This document shows, in pieces, positions 22,201-36,000 of a DNA stretch of 64,000 nt; positions within the stretch are counted from its first letter, which is position 1; the number at the start of each line of letters is the position of its first letter. The notes under the pieces were generated by a model that was not told where the DNA came from, ran no database searches, and saw only the letters and a list, made by a program, of their open reading frames with translations. The stretch is from the NCBI RefSeq assembly GCF_052425735.1, contig NC_135765.1, forward strand, positions 7,068,001-7,132,000. The letters run 5' to 3'. Position numbers and translations under genes: made by a program. Source of the DNA: Oculina patagonica. Taxonomy: Eukaryota.

Positions 22201-25200
22201 TTTCACAACAGAACTCAAAAGATTTCCTTTTTTCTTTTTTCTACTAGAAACAAAAGCGCAGGAAATTATTTTCTGGTTTCTAAACTGCGTCAGTAGCGGC
22301 CTGTCAATAGAAACATGTCTCACCTTTCCTTTCAATTCCAAAACGTTTATCAACCTATTCAAATAAGCTTGGCGATAGATCCTTTTTTAAAAGAATAGTG
22401 CAATTTCCTCATTGCTAAACTATACCCTGCATCTGTTTGAAATTCCCATTTTCAATTTCCTTTCATCATCGATCGCAACATCTCGACTGCTTCTTCGCCC
22501 TCGGCCATGGGGCTCTCTGACCCAGAAATGGAAAAATGCCCTTATATGCTAGGAACCGTTTGGCGAAAGTCATACTTAACGGAAGATACGTTCAGAAGTC
22601 TGGTTGCTGTAACTGTCGTCAATTCACTTGCACTCATTTTAAACATCCTGCTTAATGTGCTAGTAATCTTAGCCGTGGCAACAAGAAGACCGCTTCGAAC
22701 CAACTCGAACATTCTTCTAGCCTGTTTGGCGGGCTCTGATTTGTTGGCTGGGCTAATCGGTCATTCCGTGGCCATTGCAGTAGAATTGAAGCGAATTCTT
22801 GGTGACGGGCCGTTTTGTACCTTAGAAAAAGTAAGTGCAGTAACCATTGCAGAGGTTAGTTTGGCGTCGCTTAATCACCTTTTGTTGATCGGAATAGATC
22901 GCTACGTAGCTATCAAACATCCCTTGAGGTACCGGGACATTGTAACAAAGCAAAGGATAAAAGCTGGTATACTTTTCGCATGGGTCTTTACAGCTTCTTT
23001 CACCATCCACGAAATTGTCTTGGCCGCTATAGACAGTGAAACAAAAACTTTCTCAAAATACTTGAACGTGGTCTCTATAATAAAAACTCTTTTAGGCTCC
23101 GTTTATATTTTTGCTATCGGCTACATCTATGTCTACATTTTCATAGTGTCACTGCGTCAGAAAAGACGCCTTCAAACTGAACAACCATCTCAAGAAGAAG
23201 CCAACAGAGTGAAGAAAAACAACAAGGCAGCCAACACCCTAGCATTCATTCTGGGTGCGTTGATATTATCTTTTTTGCCTACAATGACACTTCTTTTACT
23301 AACATCTTCAAATCACACAGTCAAACCGAGCATTATGTGTGTTCTGTGGAGCTGGTGCACAACTTTAATAATACTGGGATCTATTTTTAACCCTGTTATT
23401 TACTGTTGTCGCAATAAAAAGCTTCGACGAGCTTTCCTCGAGATAGTTCATTTCAGACAGCCGGAAAACAGCCCGCCAGAAATCGAGATGGTAGAAATAA
23501 AACGCCATCGACCTGAAATTCAGCCTACCGCTTGTGAAGCATTTTCGTTACCCGTGGTTCAAGGACAGCCGGTTTTGTTATCAAATCCCCACCGTATTGA
23601 AAAAAAAACTTCATTTTAGTATTCCATATCAAGGAGATCGATAGCTTGATTTTCGGAAAAAAGTTCTCGTAGCAGGAGTCGAACTTTTTGCCTTCCGCGC
23701 ACCGATGTCACTGAACTTGAGGAGACTTATCAGTCTTGGTTAGTTAATGACTAACAAAGTAAAAATTATCCTGCATGTTTTATCTGTTATTGGAATTTAT
23801 TCCATGTAAAATTAATGCAGTGTCATTTCATTTTTAACAGATGTGTTGTACGTAAATCTTAGTTCGGTACTCGAAAATGATTATATACCTTATTCTTTCT
23901 GATTTTCGCGCGCACTTATTTTCGCGAAAATTCAAGAGCCGAATTTTGCAAGTATTAATTTTCGCGATTGCCTGAAAAATAGAGCAAAAGTGTATAAATT
24001 TCGCGATTTTGTCAATGCTTTATGGATCAGTCGTCAAAGACTAAGGAACTACTGGAAATACACAAAGGTCTGACTGCAAACGGAAACTCTGGTGACTGCA
24101 CTTAAGAGGTGTTGGCCGAAAACTAATCAGAGGAAAGATACTTTCAAGGGCAGGTAGTTGCAGTTCCAAACGTTTAAAAACATTTCTGTTTTGAGGTAAA
24201 AATGGGATTAATTTTCGCGCAATGTTTTTTTCGCGCGGTTAAATTTTGCGATTATTTTGAAATCACGAAAAGAAGTACTCGCGAAAATAAAAAAAAATAA
24301 GGTAGTCGATGTGCCTGAGGTTTAAAATTGCTGGGTTCTTGTACTGTTAATGGCTCCAAAAACTGTGAAAAAAGAATCTCGGATTTCTAAAATAAGTTTC
24401 TCAAGTAATCAGTAACAGTAGAAATGAGAAAAATTTAAATAATTTTGCGCAATTGTTTTCACTTTTGGGATTTTGAAAGAAAAGGTGAGATCTGATTCTA
24501 TTGATATACTCAACTGACGCAGTTTAGATGATGCGTGAACCAAAACCACCTTTAATAAATCAACAATACGTTGTGTACAATTATCAATGTGATCTGTGCG
24601 ATGCAGATTATGTCAGCTATACCAGCCGGCATTTACACCAACGTACTGATGAACATAGGTTCTCCGCAATCGGGAAGCATTTAAAGAACGATCACGGCCT
24701 TAATAACATCGGCGACCTTACCAGTAATTTTTCCGTCCTAAAGAAATGCAGCGGAAAACTGGACTGCCTGATTTACGAAATGTTGTTTATTAGAAAGAAG
24801 AAACCTAGCCTGAACACGCAATCGGATTCTATCCGCGCGAAACTATTTGTTTAAAACAAATATGTTAATGAAACATCACACCTCTAACCGCATATATAAC
24901 ACTGTTGAACCGTTATTTTACTTGTCACTTTAAAACGAAACGTTGTGTCTTACTGTCGCTTATTTTTATTGTCAAATGACGCAGTTCAGAAACGAGAACA
25001 TAACTTCGTACGCTTTTCTTTCTCAATAGTGCTAAGTAGAAAAAAAGATAAATCGCGCGATCGCTTCATGGGCTCTGTTGTAAAAAATAAGAACAGACAC
25101 AAAAACTAAAGCATCGGACAACGCATAACCAGAATTTTGATTGGATTTAGCGGCCAATAGAACTCAACAGATGCGAAGAATCAGTGACCACTCAAAATTA

Positions 25201-28200
25201 AAGGGACCGTGTCACGGATTTTAGCCAAACTTCGGCATACGAAATTTCCATCAAATTCGCTTAAATATGTAAAACAACCTCTTAAAACAGTGAAGGAGTA
25301 TTGAAATATCACACCAAATGCAAAAGAAGGTACGGATGGCCAAAGTGTCGAAGATTAAAACGGATTGCAATATGGGTTTTTGAAATATGGTCCGACGGGA
25401 CAGTTTTCAAAGTGAACCTTTTCTGATTGTAATTTTAATTGACTGCAATGAAGCTATGGTTTTGTCATTTAGAATCATAGAATTAATATCTTTGCAAACA
25501 TTAACTTTTAAGGGAATATTTGACAAAACTTAATACCATAAAATTAACTTTATAGCCGTGACACAGTCACTTTAATGTAATTTGGCGTCTCCCAACCTGT
25601 AACTTTATAGATTGTTTGTTATTGAGACAGCAGGAAAGATTAATGAAACTATCTAAATGATTAGTTTTGTTGCAATGATACCTAAATTCACTTTGGGATT
25701 TCACACATAGATTCATCGATTCGCAAGGTTACTAGAAAATGCTACTTTAAATTCCTACAAATTTGTGATCCTGAAATCAGTTCGTGAAGAATGTCTCTTA
25801 AGTTACTCGGTTTAAGAAGAAATGTTATTAAAGTAACTATTACAGAAAATACAAAACTTGGAAACATGATATACAGCTGTACGATAAATGACATCGACTG
25901 AAAGCATTTGCTTAAAATTAAAATAAAATAGACTGTAAGTGTTAATACAAACCTAACTGGAAGATTTATTTTCTTGACAAAAGTAATCAGAAGATTCTTC
26001 GCTTGGACACACCACTGATCTTCCACTACATCACCATTCTATACAACATTAAAAACAAACGTGACACCTTAAAGGCGCTATGTCACGCAAGTTTAGGCAA
26101 TTTTGGCACTACTAACTGGTCATAGAATTAACTGAAATATCACAATGACGGCTTAAAACTGTAGAAGAACTCAAAATGGAGACAGAAAGGGGCATGGCCA
26201 AAAAGGGGCATGGATGGGCAAAATTCGAGAAGATTAAAACGGATTGCGTTCAGGTTAACTTGAAAAACTTCGACCCGACTTTTTTCAAGTTTATCTCAAT
26301 TTGTATGAAAGTGTCATTTACAATGCTCGAAAATCATCCTTGTTTGTTATGTGGCCGTGATTTTGCCAATAAGACTTTGAAGTTAAGAGCTCTTCATTAA
26401 CTAAAATAATTAGAATTACTTAAAATACCGTGATATAGCCCCTTAAATAAGCAATGCTGAAAACAAAGAAATCTTAGATGTGCGGGTGCCACCGGCAGTC
26501 TGCAAAGCGACTTTAAGAGAAGTTGCTTCAGGGTTTTATTCCTGGACAGGCAGACACTTGGCATCATTTAAATGAATAACGAAAAAAAATTATTGTCTTT
26601 GCTAACCGCAAGTTCAACGGTGGGTTTAGCAGGAATTTCCACTATTAAAGGGATGGCACCTCCCACATTTTTCACCTATCAGGCGCAAAATGCAAATCCG
26701 TACTTTTGCACTCAGTTTGCAGAGTCCTGCAAACTGAACACGCTTCAAATTGCATGGAACCAAAAGATACCATTGACAAAAATAACTAAATAATGTTATA
26801 AGATAACAATTTCAGCAAAAATGAAAAACATTTTATCAGTATAAACTCTCATAGAAAAAACGCAGGTTGTTTGTTAGTGGTTTATACTTTGATAGTAGAT
26901 TGACAACTGGGCGTGAGAATGGCCAGCCCAGGGCCCTTTTATACTGGAAGTTCGTTTAAAGAGACTGTTCACAGTCCTCTATTTTTTCGTATTTTTTCCA
27001 CCATCATTGAACCGAGAAAAGAATCGTGAGGAACTGGACAACAGCACATGACGGGAGGCTCGAGACACCCGCTCGCTTTGCCCACTGTCTCCCTTGCATT
27101 CTTTTGCGTTTAAAAATAGAGAGGTTGTGAACAGTCTATTGTTTAAGGTGGCAAATCAGTCTAGCCTTCACCTTTTCTTGTACAATCTCCAGAAAGGTTT
27201 TTTCTTTAACTTATAACTGTTTGTTACATCCTAAAACCATCTAATGCGATATTTGTTAAATAAAAATGCTTATAAACAGCTTAAATGGACGGCCGAGTGC
27301 TTGAGAGGGGACTGGCACTAGTAGTTTAAACGGCGTTTTTCTCAAAATCTACCCGTACGACCCTACCTCAAAATTTCAGAAATAAGAAGTTGGCTTTGAA
27401 TTATCATTCATGCAAAATAATATAAAAATCTGTAAGACAGATTTTTCGCAAAATAGGAAAATGTGATATTTTGCCGATTTTTAAAATAGCTCAAAATCTG
27501 TCTTACAGATTTTTTCAAAATTTTGGCTGTGGACGTGGTTCACCCCATACATTTTATTGTGAAAGTCTCATAATAGGTTGTATGGTAGGTTTTCGAGAAA
27601 ATCTGGATCAAAATGTGGCTTTTACGACCTCCGAAGCGAATCAGATTGCGCGTGCGAGCGCGCGCTAATATGACGCCATGCATCGCTAGCGATAATGAAA
27701 GACAGAATTAGAACTTCTCTGCCGGTTGTTTATCCACACTTTTTGTCGTTTTGTTTTCCGTTTCAGGTTTCAAGACCTATCTAAAAGTATTTTGAAGTTT
27801 TCTTGTGTATACAAATTTGGTAAAGCGCGGTAAAACAGATGGAACTCTTTTTCGTTTCTGTTTAGAGTTGCTAGCGCCATTTTAGCCCGCGCGAGCAATA
27901 ATGACGTCAAGCAGAAAATCGTAGCGCGCGCCTTTGAGCCACGTAAAAACTGTATTCAGCCACCTTAAATGGTGTCTCCATTGCTTCATGCATCAGTATA
28001 ATTAATTATGAAGAAAAACTTACCGATTTTATTATCTGAATTGGAAAATACTGTGTGATGAACCTGGTTAGGATTTCTTCAGTGCTGGAAATAAAACCAT
28101 TCAACACGCCACCACACCGTGTTATTTCACTTTCCAAACTTGCCTGAAAAAAAAAAGGAACGAAAAATGCCGCCAATGAAATAACAGTAACTGAGTAAAA

Positions 28201-31200
28201 GTAAGATGGTTCCCAGTTGTGTTATAAGCTTGACAGTTGAATTATGGATGTAGATAGAAAGAATACAGAAGGCTATCAACTTATGCATCGGAAATACCAG
28301 AACTTATTTTTGACGCTTCCAATAGATCTTATCACGGTTTTCGACGCCATCTTGACGAGTAGGCAAAGCGGGTAGAAATTACAGTGTTTGTATGGGAAAC
28401 ATCTTAACTTTACAATTCATAAGTTGTCCAGAATTCAATTTTTGTAGAAGATTTTTGCCGTCAGATTCCCATACAAACACTGTAATTTCTACCCACTTTG
28501 CCTACTGGTCAAGATGGCGTCGAAAACCGTGATAAGGCCTATTTTCTCGTTACAAGTAACGTAAGAAAACGTGATTTCGCAATTTTTCCTAAATTGCAAG
28601 CTTTTTCTTTGAATGGGTTTGTTCTTCAGGCTTAGAAAGATAGACAAGGCAGACAAACCTCTCCAGTAGACTGTAGACCAATGACTACACAGTAGCCGTC
28701 CTGTAGTGCTTGTTGGGCTTCCTGTACTATGGTAGGAACTTTCATACTCATGCTGTTTAAGAAAATCACATAGTTTAGACTGATGTAGCAAGATCATATC
28801 TCTCAGGTTTATGAATGAATGAATGTAATGGTACTTGTTTTGCGCATTTCACAAAGCTTAATAATGCACTTCACAATTAGAGAAGAGATTTCAAAATGTT
28901 TTGAAGTAGCCGTCAGCAACTGGAAGAGTAGGTGGCTGTGACAAGCCAAGCTTGTTTGTAACATGGTCTGAATTCAGATTTTCGATCAAGGCATTTTCAA
29001 CTCATTTAGTGAGAAATTTATTATACTTTTGTTTGTGACAAGCTGACTGCCATGGCCAAAGTAACCGGCAACATATAATCAAGTAGCCAGTGGAACTCCA
29101 GCAGGTGCCGGCTTGTTTTGAAAACCCTGTTAGGGTCACAGGACGAGATCGGACATGTCATGTCTACAATATAGTCTGTAGGAGCTGTAGAAGAAAATAA
29201 ATTATAGACTGTAGAAGCTACATGTAGAAACCCATTTCTTTGAAAACCACTTTGCAATAAGACATAAACAACCACTGGCTCCTCGCTTGTGGTTTGCAAC
29301 CCAAGAAAATATAATACAACCATCACCATTATATAGTTTTTTGTTGTTTGCCATATCTTTCAGGAGATGTTACCCAACATTTAACACTTCAATGTCCACA
29401 AGCAAATTGCAGCATTATTTATCTAAGTAAAAGAACATATAGAAACCAGTCGTTTTACTCACCAGAGTTGTTTGAAGAACCGTTGATGACTTGACCAGAA
29501 CACTGACCATATTCTTGGTGTTGAAGTAGTAGTTCGACCAATGGCATATTCTAGTGACTTCTTCAATTCACTCCTTAAACACCGAAAGAGAACAAAAAGG
29601 CAACTTGAAAAACAGGGAAGGCTAGCATATTTCATATTCACTTTTGTTGTACACATGTAGATCCAGAACTTTTCCTTAAATATAATAAGGTCACTAATTC
29701 TTACAACCTACCTGCTTTGATTTGCTATCAGATAGTAGGGAGAAATTAGAACCTAATCGTTGCTTACCAGACATGAACTGCTGTGTCATAAACTTTAATC
29801 TGGTCTGCTGTTAGTGGAGCCTCTACATTAACAAACTGCAGAAAACAATACAACAAACAAAAAGTTCATATTTTACATAAGGTCTCCCCAGACATTTTGT
29901 AGAATACTGTTTTTTTTAAAGAAATAAAAAGCAGAAATTTCATTTTTTTATACAGGGAAATGTTTTCTACTGATGACTTCATTATTCAAAAACACGTAAT
30001 TGATCCATTATCATGGGTTGTTTCTTTTCTCTAAGATTCATTGATTGTCATCACATATAATTGATGACAGTGAAGAATTTCACTTCTGACTACCATGTGA
30101 ACTAACAATGGAATCCTTGAATCTTCAAATTCAATATTTTAATCTCCTGATAACTCAAAGTTTCCATGGAGTTGTCAAACAATGCAATTTTACCCAGTTC
30201 AGATTTCTTAATGTTCAGTTTGCCCAATTTTTCAAACAAATTTTTGTCTCCCTTATAAATAGGTTTGAGAAATCTGGATTCCACTGCATTAGCTTCCACA
30301 CTTCCAGACTTCCAAACTTCCAGACTTCCACACTGCCAGACTTCCACACTTCCACACTTCCAGACTTCCAGACTTCCAGACTTCCACACTTCCAGACTTC
30401 CAGACTTCCAGACTTCCACACTTCCACACTACCAGACTTCCAGACTACCAGACTTCCAGACTTCCACACTACCAGACTTCCAGACTTCCACACTTCCAAA
30501 CTTCCAGACTTCCACACTACCAGACTTTCACCCCAACAACACATTGAATGCTACATAATTATGCGCTAGTACATAATTAAGTGGTAACCTGTGTAAATTA
30601 TGTGATATCGTAAATTCCATTCTGATGACATGTTCTGTGCTCTTCTACCTGAAGTAAAAGCCAAACCATTGTTCATGGCTTCACAAGACTAAGGTAGATA
30701 CACTGACACATTTTCAGAACATTACGCTGCACTTCAAATACCTCAGCTTGCCTGAAACTAAGACCTCTGGAGACATACATTCCAGATGCCTTCATCTCCA
30801 TGGCCAACATTTCAGCAGCACCTAAAAGAATGGACATGAAAAATAATGAGCTGTAATATGATATGTACTACAATCATGGGTTTTTGTTCACACAGTTGTA
30901 AGGTGATTGATCAAAATGTCAAAAATTATTTAAGGAGAATTTTTACATTTATGGTGGCATGGTCGCCTAGAGTTCTAGAGTTCCAGATTTAAGCCCGACC
31001 ATGATTGTTACGCTGTACTGTTGGGTTAGACACTTTGCTCTAACACAGCCGTTCGTTCCGTAGAAGAATCGCAAGGGCAACCTCTAAAAACTGTGGGGGG
31101 GGGGGGGGGGGGGAGGTAACTTGTCATGACTTGCATCCCATCCATGAGCAGTCTGGCTTCTCTGATTGCTTGGATTGGAGTGGTCTTTATCTTCCATAGT

Positions 31201-32992
31201 TTAGCAGAGAGAAGGGCAACCACACTTAGCTAACATTATGCCGGGGGGGGGGGGGCACTCAAAAAAGTTTTATACGGGGAGGCTCCGCCCCAAGCTCTTA
31301 CCCCTTACCCTTTTATATACCATTTTGACAGAAATTGTACCCCTTTCGTATACCTTTTACTGAAAAAGGTACCCCTTTCATATACCTAAAAGACGTGACA
31401 TAGCCTTAGAACAGGACGTTTTCTTGTCATTTTTATGAAGTGCTTAATAAATTAAAATAATACAGCCATAAAGTGCGTCTGTTCGAAATATTTTAATTAC
31501 AGACCTTTTAAAAAACCTAAATGACGGATTTCCATACCCTTTCGTAGACCTAAACTTGTGAAATCGCTACCCTTTTATATACCTGAAGCCTGAAAAAGGT
31601 ACCCCTTTCGAACGGAGTCTCCCCGTATAGGCCGTTATATGGAGTACCCCCCCCCCCCCCGGGGTGAAAATGCAATTTTCTAAGCAACAAAATTGCTCAA
31701 TTCAGACTTAGAGTATCTTACCAAGGCCTCTCTTAGTGATACTGGTAAGAAAAGAGTCAAATGACTTAAATGCCGTCCCATCTCCCCAGAGACCAAGTCG
31801 CTCCATAAATGCCTGCGGAATAACAAATAAAGCAAACTTTAAATGCAACACCTCTGGTTGGTTAAAGTCAGAACCAGAATACATCGGCCACTAGTTTAAA
31901 ATTAATCTACTGTGTTGTAAATTCATAATTATAATGTCAACTCCTGCCTTGCAGACACCTCATTATTACAGACACCCCATTATTACGGACAGGACTTTAG
32001 GTCCTGGTGAATTAGCCATGTTCAAAACGAGCAGGGGACTGGGTACGAATATTCAATATCGATTGCACTGAAAAACTGGGCCCGTCATCTGAAAGAGCAT
32101 CCAAAAATTAGTAACTCAACCAAATTCGAGAGTTATTGGTTTAAACGCATAGGTATGGTTCACTTTTAGAAATTGCTAAAATAAGAGAGCTTAGTATGGA
32201 TTGGAGGGACAGCTGTCCATCCAGCCATACTAAGCTCTCTTATTTTAACGATTTTTAAAAGAGTTCCATGCCTTTGCGTTTAAACCAATAACTCTCAAAT
32301 TTAGTTGAGTTACTAATTTTTGGATGCTTTTTCAGATGACGGGCCCAGTTTTTCAGTGCAATCGATATTGAATATTCGTACTCAGTCCCCTGCTCGTTTT
32401 GAACATGGCTAATAAAAAATACTGAAAATGACTCCTGCTACCACAGACTTTCTCTATTGTGGTCACAAAATTGTGGTCCCAAAGGTGTTTGTTATAGTGA
32501 CAGTTAACTGTTATTTGTAATCTACTGTAGTCTATGAAAATGCTGAAAAGACACACCATATTTTTCACATCAGTTACTCCAGTTGCACTGCAGTATACAA
32601 CACGAGCTTTTGGAAGGATTCTGCAATGAAACATAAGAAATTAGGTCTGACAGGTAATTCCATGTAAGTTGGTGAAGAATTGGGGGGGGGGGGGAGGTGA
32701 AGACAATTTCAACATAGTTTATGATTAAATTTCTTCCTTAATTAAAATACCTTTGTATTGTCGTGACAGCAAGGGCTACTTTTGTACTTGTTTCCTCTTT
32801 ACCCTAAAAAATAACAACACAGAGTGTATTCATGAGTGAAATTGAGATACAAATGTACAGACCTACTTCAATTTGTATGCAAAAAAAGCTTTTTTCTTGT
32901 TTTCTGCCTCCCACCGGTTGGGATTTTTAACAAAATGCAAATTTATGTTTATTTACAATATTTGTTTGTTTATGTATGGGCCACATTGTAAA

Positions 32993-33028
<36 letters not shown>

Positions 33029-36000
33029 TGAGCAAATAGTCAACAAGGTGCAGCCGAGTTGACTATCACTCATAGAAAACTCGGGCTCGTAGTCTAATTG
33101 TTTTAGTAGAAACTCTAAAGGATTGCAGTCCAAAACATACAATATTATGCACTTTGAAGACAAAAATCAAGAAAATTTACCGCTTAAAGAGCTACGCACG
33201 CGCGACTGTTTTCTATCGGCGAATAGAAAACAGTGGGAGAACCAATCAGATTCGCGGATTTCCAATAGAACACAGCTGAGTTTCTACTAATAGCCTATAG
33301 ACATCAGTAATTGTGTTTACTCTGTGAATCTGGAGTGTAACCCTGTGATGGACTAGCATCCCATCCAGGGAGGAGTAGAAATACTCCTAGTCGCTTCATG
33401 CTACGGAAACCGGGATAGGCTCTGGCCTGACAGGTCACTAGGCTCTTATGCAGACTTTACCTTACCAGTGAAGTTAGTTTTTTGTTGTTCAAAGAGCCAT
33501 AGAATTTTGGCACATTATAATTATAACTTATAAGATATTACTAGCCCACAATACACTGTCATATACTGATAAGATGAAGTATGGGGTAGACATCTCTTAG
33601 CCAAAGGGGCAATGTTATGCAACTTGAGGCAATTTCAGAACAAAAGCATCAGTTCTAAGCGAGTCACTTACAGGTACAAAATGCTTGGCCTTATGACACT
33701 CGTCAAATATGAGGCATCCATTGAACTGTTCACCGCCACACCAGTCAATTAACTGCTGTAGCCTGCTCTGACGATTGGTGCCTGAAGAAAATGGAGCAAG
33801 GTCAATAAATTTGAAGGGAGTGCTCAGGGGTGGCGCAGTGGTGAGAGCACTCGCCTCCCACCGATGTGGCCCGGGTTCGATTCTGGCCCGGTGCCATATG
33901 TGGGTTGAGTTTGTTGTTGGTTCTCGTCCTTGCTCCGAGGGTTTTTCTCCGGTTTTCCTCCCTCCACAAAAACCAACACTCCAAATTCCAATTTGATCTT
34001 GGATGCACGTACACATCTTTACGAGCTCCTGAGCTCTTCCGTGTTACGTGGGTAAATAAATTACATACTGGTTTAAAATATAAAAATGTTTGCCTACATA
34101 GATAGTATACTGGTGTCAACATGTAAGTTCTCCTTAAAGTGCTACTGAAACAAAATTTATTTACCGTAATTATAATTTACGGCCATACAGATTGGACGCC
34201 AATATTTTATTCTACTTGTTAAATGAAAACAATAAATTGAATGCAAAGTATTGTTATGCGAATCAGTACAGATCTGTATCAAAAGTTAATGAATACTAAT
34301 TAGCTGAGAAGGAGTTTGTATCAATAGTTAATTCTTTTGTTTGATTTGTATTGGGGTTTACAGTTGTGTACTTGTGATCTGAATATGGTACTGGGATTGG
34401 TTCGCAACCGCATGAATATTTAATGAATTTTACAAGTACTATTAAACATTACCTTTTTGGACAGATGATACAAGCGTGGCATAGGTGCTAAAGACCACTC
34501 CTTCTTTGAAGTCAGCAGGTAAGCCAAATACTCTGGAAAAAAAAAAACATCATTCACTTCAAACTATCGATCTTTCAGATCTACTAGTTAATTAATGATG
34601 CAGAAAATTTAATTTTAATTTTAATTTAAGTTAAACTTTATAAAAATGTAACCTGTATTTCTGTCAAGTGATTAAAAAAGGGAAAAACAAGTCTGACCCT
34701 TACGGGAAGTATGTACCTTGTCTCTTTGTCAAGCTGCTGACAGCCATCAATCACTTTGGCATAGCAACCAATATCATGTAAATCTCTGAAAAATAAGTAT
34801 TTAGAAATAATTAAGTTCCATATTATCTTGTCCACAGAAGGTATACATGTAAGTACTGGTACGCTTTGAAACCATAGTCCACATTATAATTTTTCAAATG
34901 ACATTTATCGATTCCAAAATAAATTTAAAACAGTATCAAAGTAAAGGAACAAAGGAGCCAGTTAGCTCATTGATTCTAAAAGAGCTGCTTTTCTCCTCCA
35001 GGATGGGATGCTAGTACATTGCAGACTACCCCCAGCCTCAACATTTTTGTAAGGTTCTTCCCTATGGGCTTGCCATCAATTAATACATATGAGTCAACAG
35101 AGGCACTGTGAAAGTAAAATTTGAATCTTGCCCTCAACACAACACACTGGCTCATGCCACTGCTTCTAAGACTCAGACCTCTCACTGCCATAGTCAAATG
35201 CATAGTGCACTACCAGTAACTGTTAGCCCACCCGTCTGTCTGTTTAACTCTGTGACCAAAAAATTCAATATGGCTACCACTTATTGATAATTAATAGGCA
35301 TATAATGGCAAGCCTGGTCTTAAAAATTTCACAACATACCGTATTCGCACGTGTATAGGCCGCACTCGTGTATAAGCCGCACCCCGACTTTTGACCAAAT
35401 TTTCTTGGAAAAAAATAATTTACTGCTTTCTAAAAAGGGCTAAAGACCTGGCTTAGTTTTCTCAGAGTGCTGAGTACCGCCAAGATATAGTAATTTGTTT
35501 ATACGACAAAATTTATCACGGTAAATAACTTAGCTTGCAATCGATCGAACAAACATTGTAAACTGTAAATAACTTCCAGCCATGTCTTTAATATGGTCTT
35601 AACGTAAGAAGAAAGTCAAAAGAAAAGGTACCTGGGTAATTAATACTTGATTTGTAGTCCAAGTACACTAACATTTTGTCTTATTTCCTTAGTAGTTGTA
35701 ATGTGAAATCGCGTACGTGATCAGGAACACGGAGCAAAATAGCTTAGCGGCCGAGCCTGTTGTTGAAAGAGGAAAACTGGGATCAAGCAAGAAAAGAATG
35801 ACAGAGGGGAGGGGAAGGGAAAATCAAATAAAATCAAATACAAACAAAATATTGTCCGTCCAAAATAGTTTATTCTTAAATAGAAATTTATTTTCACAAT
35901 ATTTCAAATACCAATAAAAACGTCCAAACAGAAAACCTAATACTTAATTCATGCGAAGCTACAATAAATTATCACACCACTGCGGTCTTTCCTATTCTGT

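Noticed and set aside
24915-24950. Second hammerhead in the + strand Penelope fragment
   Set aside because: Only CGAAACG remains; the CUGANGA core and helix II are missing.
30102-30569. Four overlapping ORFs with repetitive peptides (SLEVWKSG / TSRLPDFH)
   Set aside because: They are translations of an intronic 8-bp minisatellite. There are no unique spacers, so it is not CRISPR-like either.
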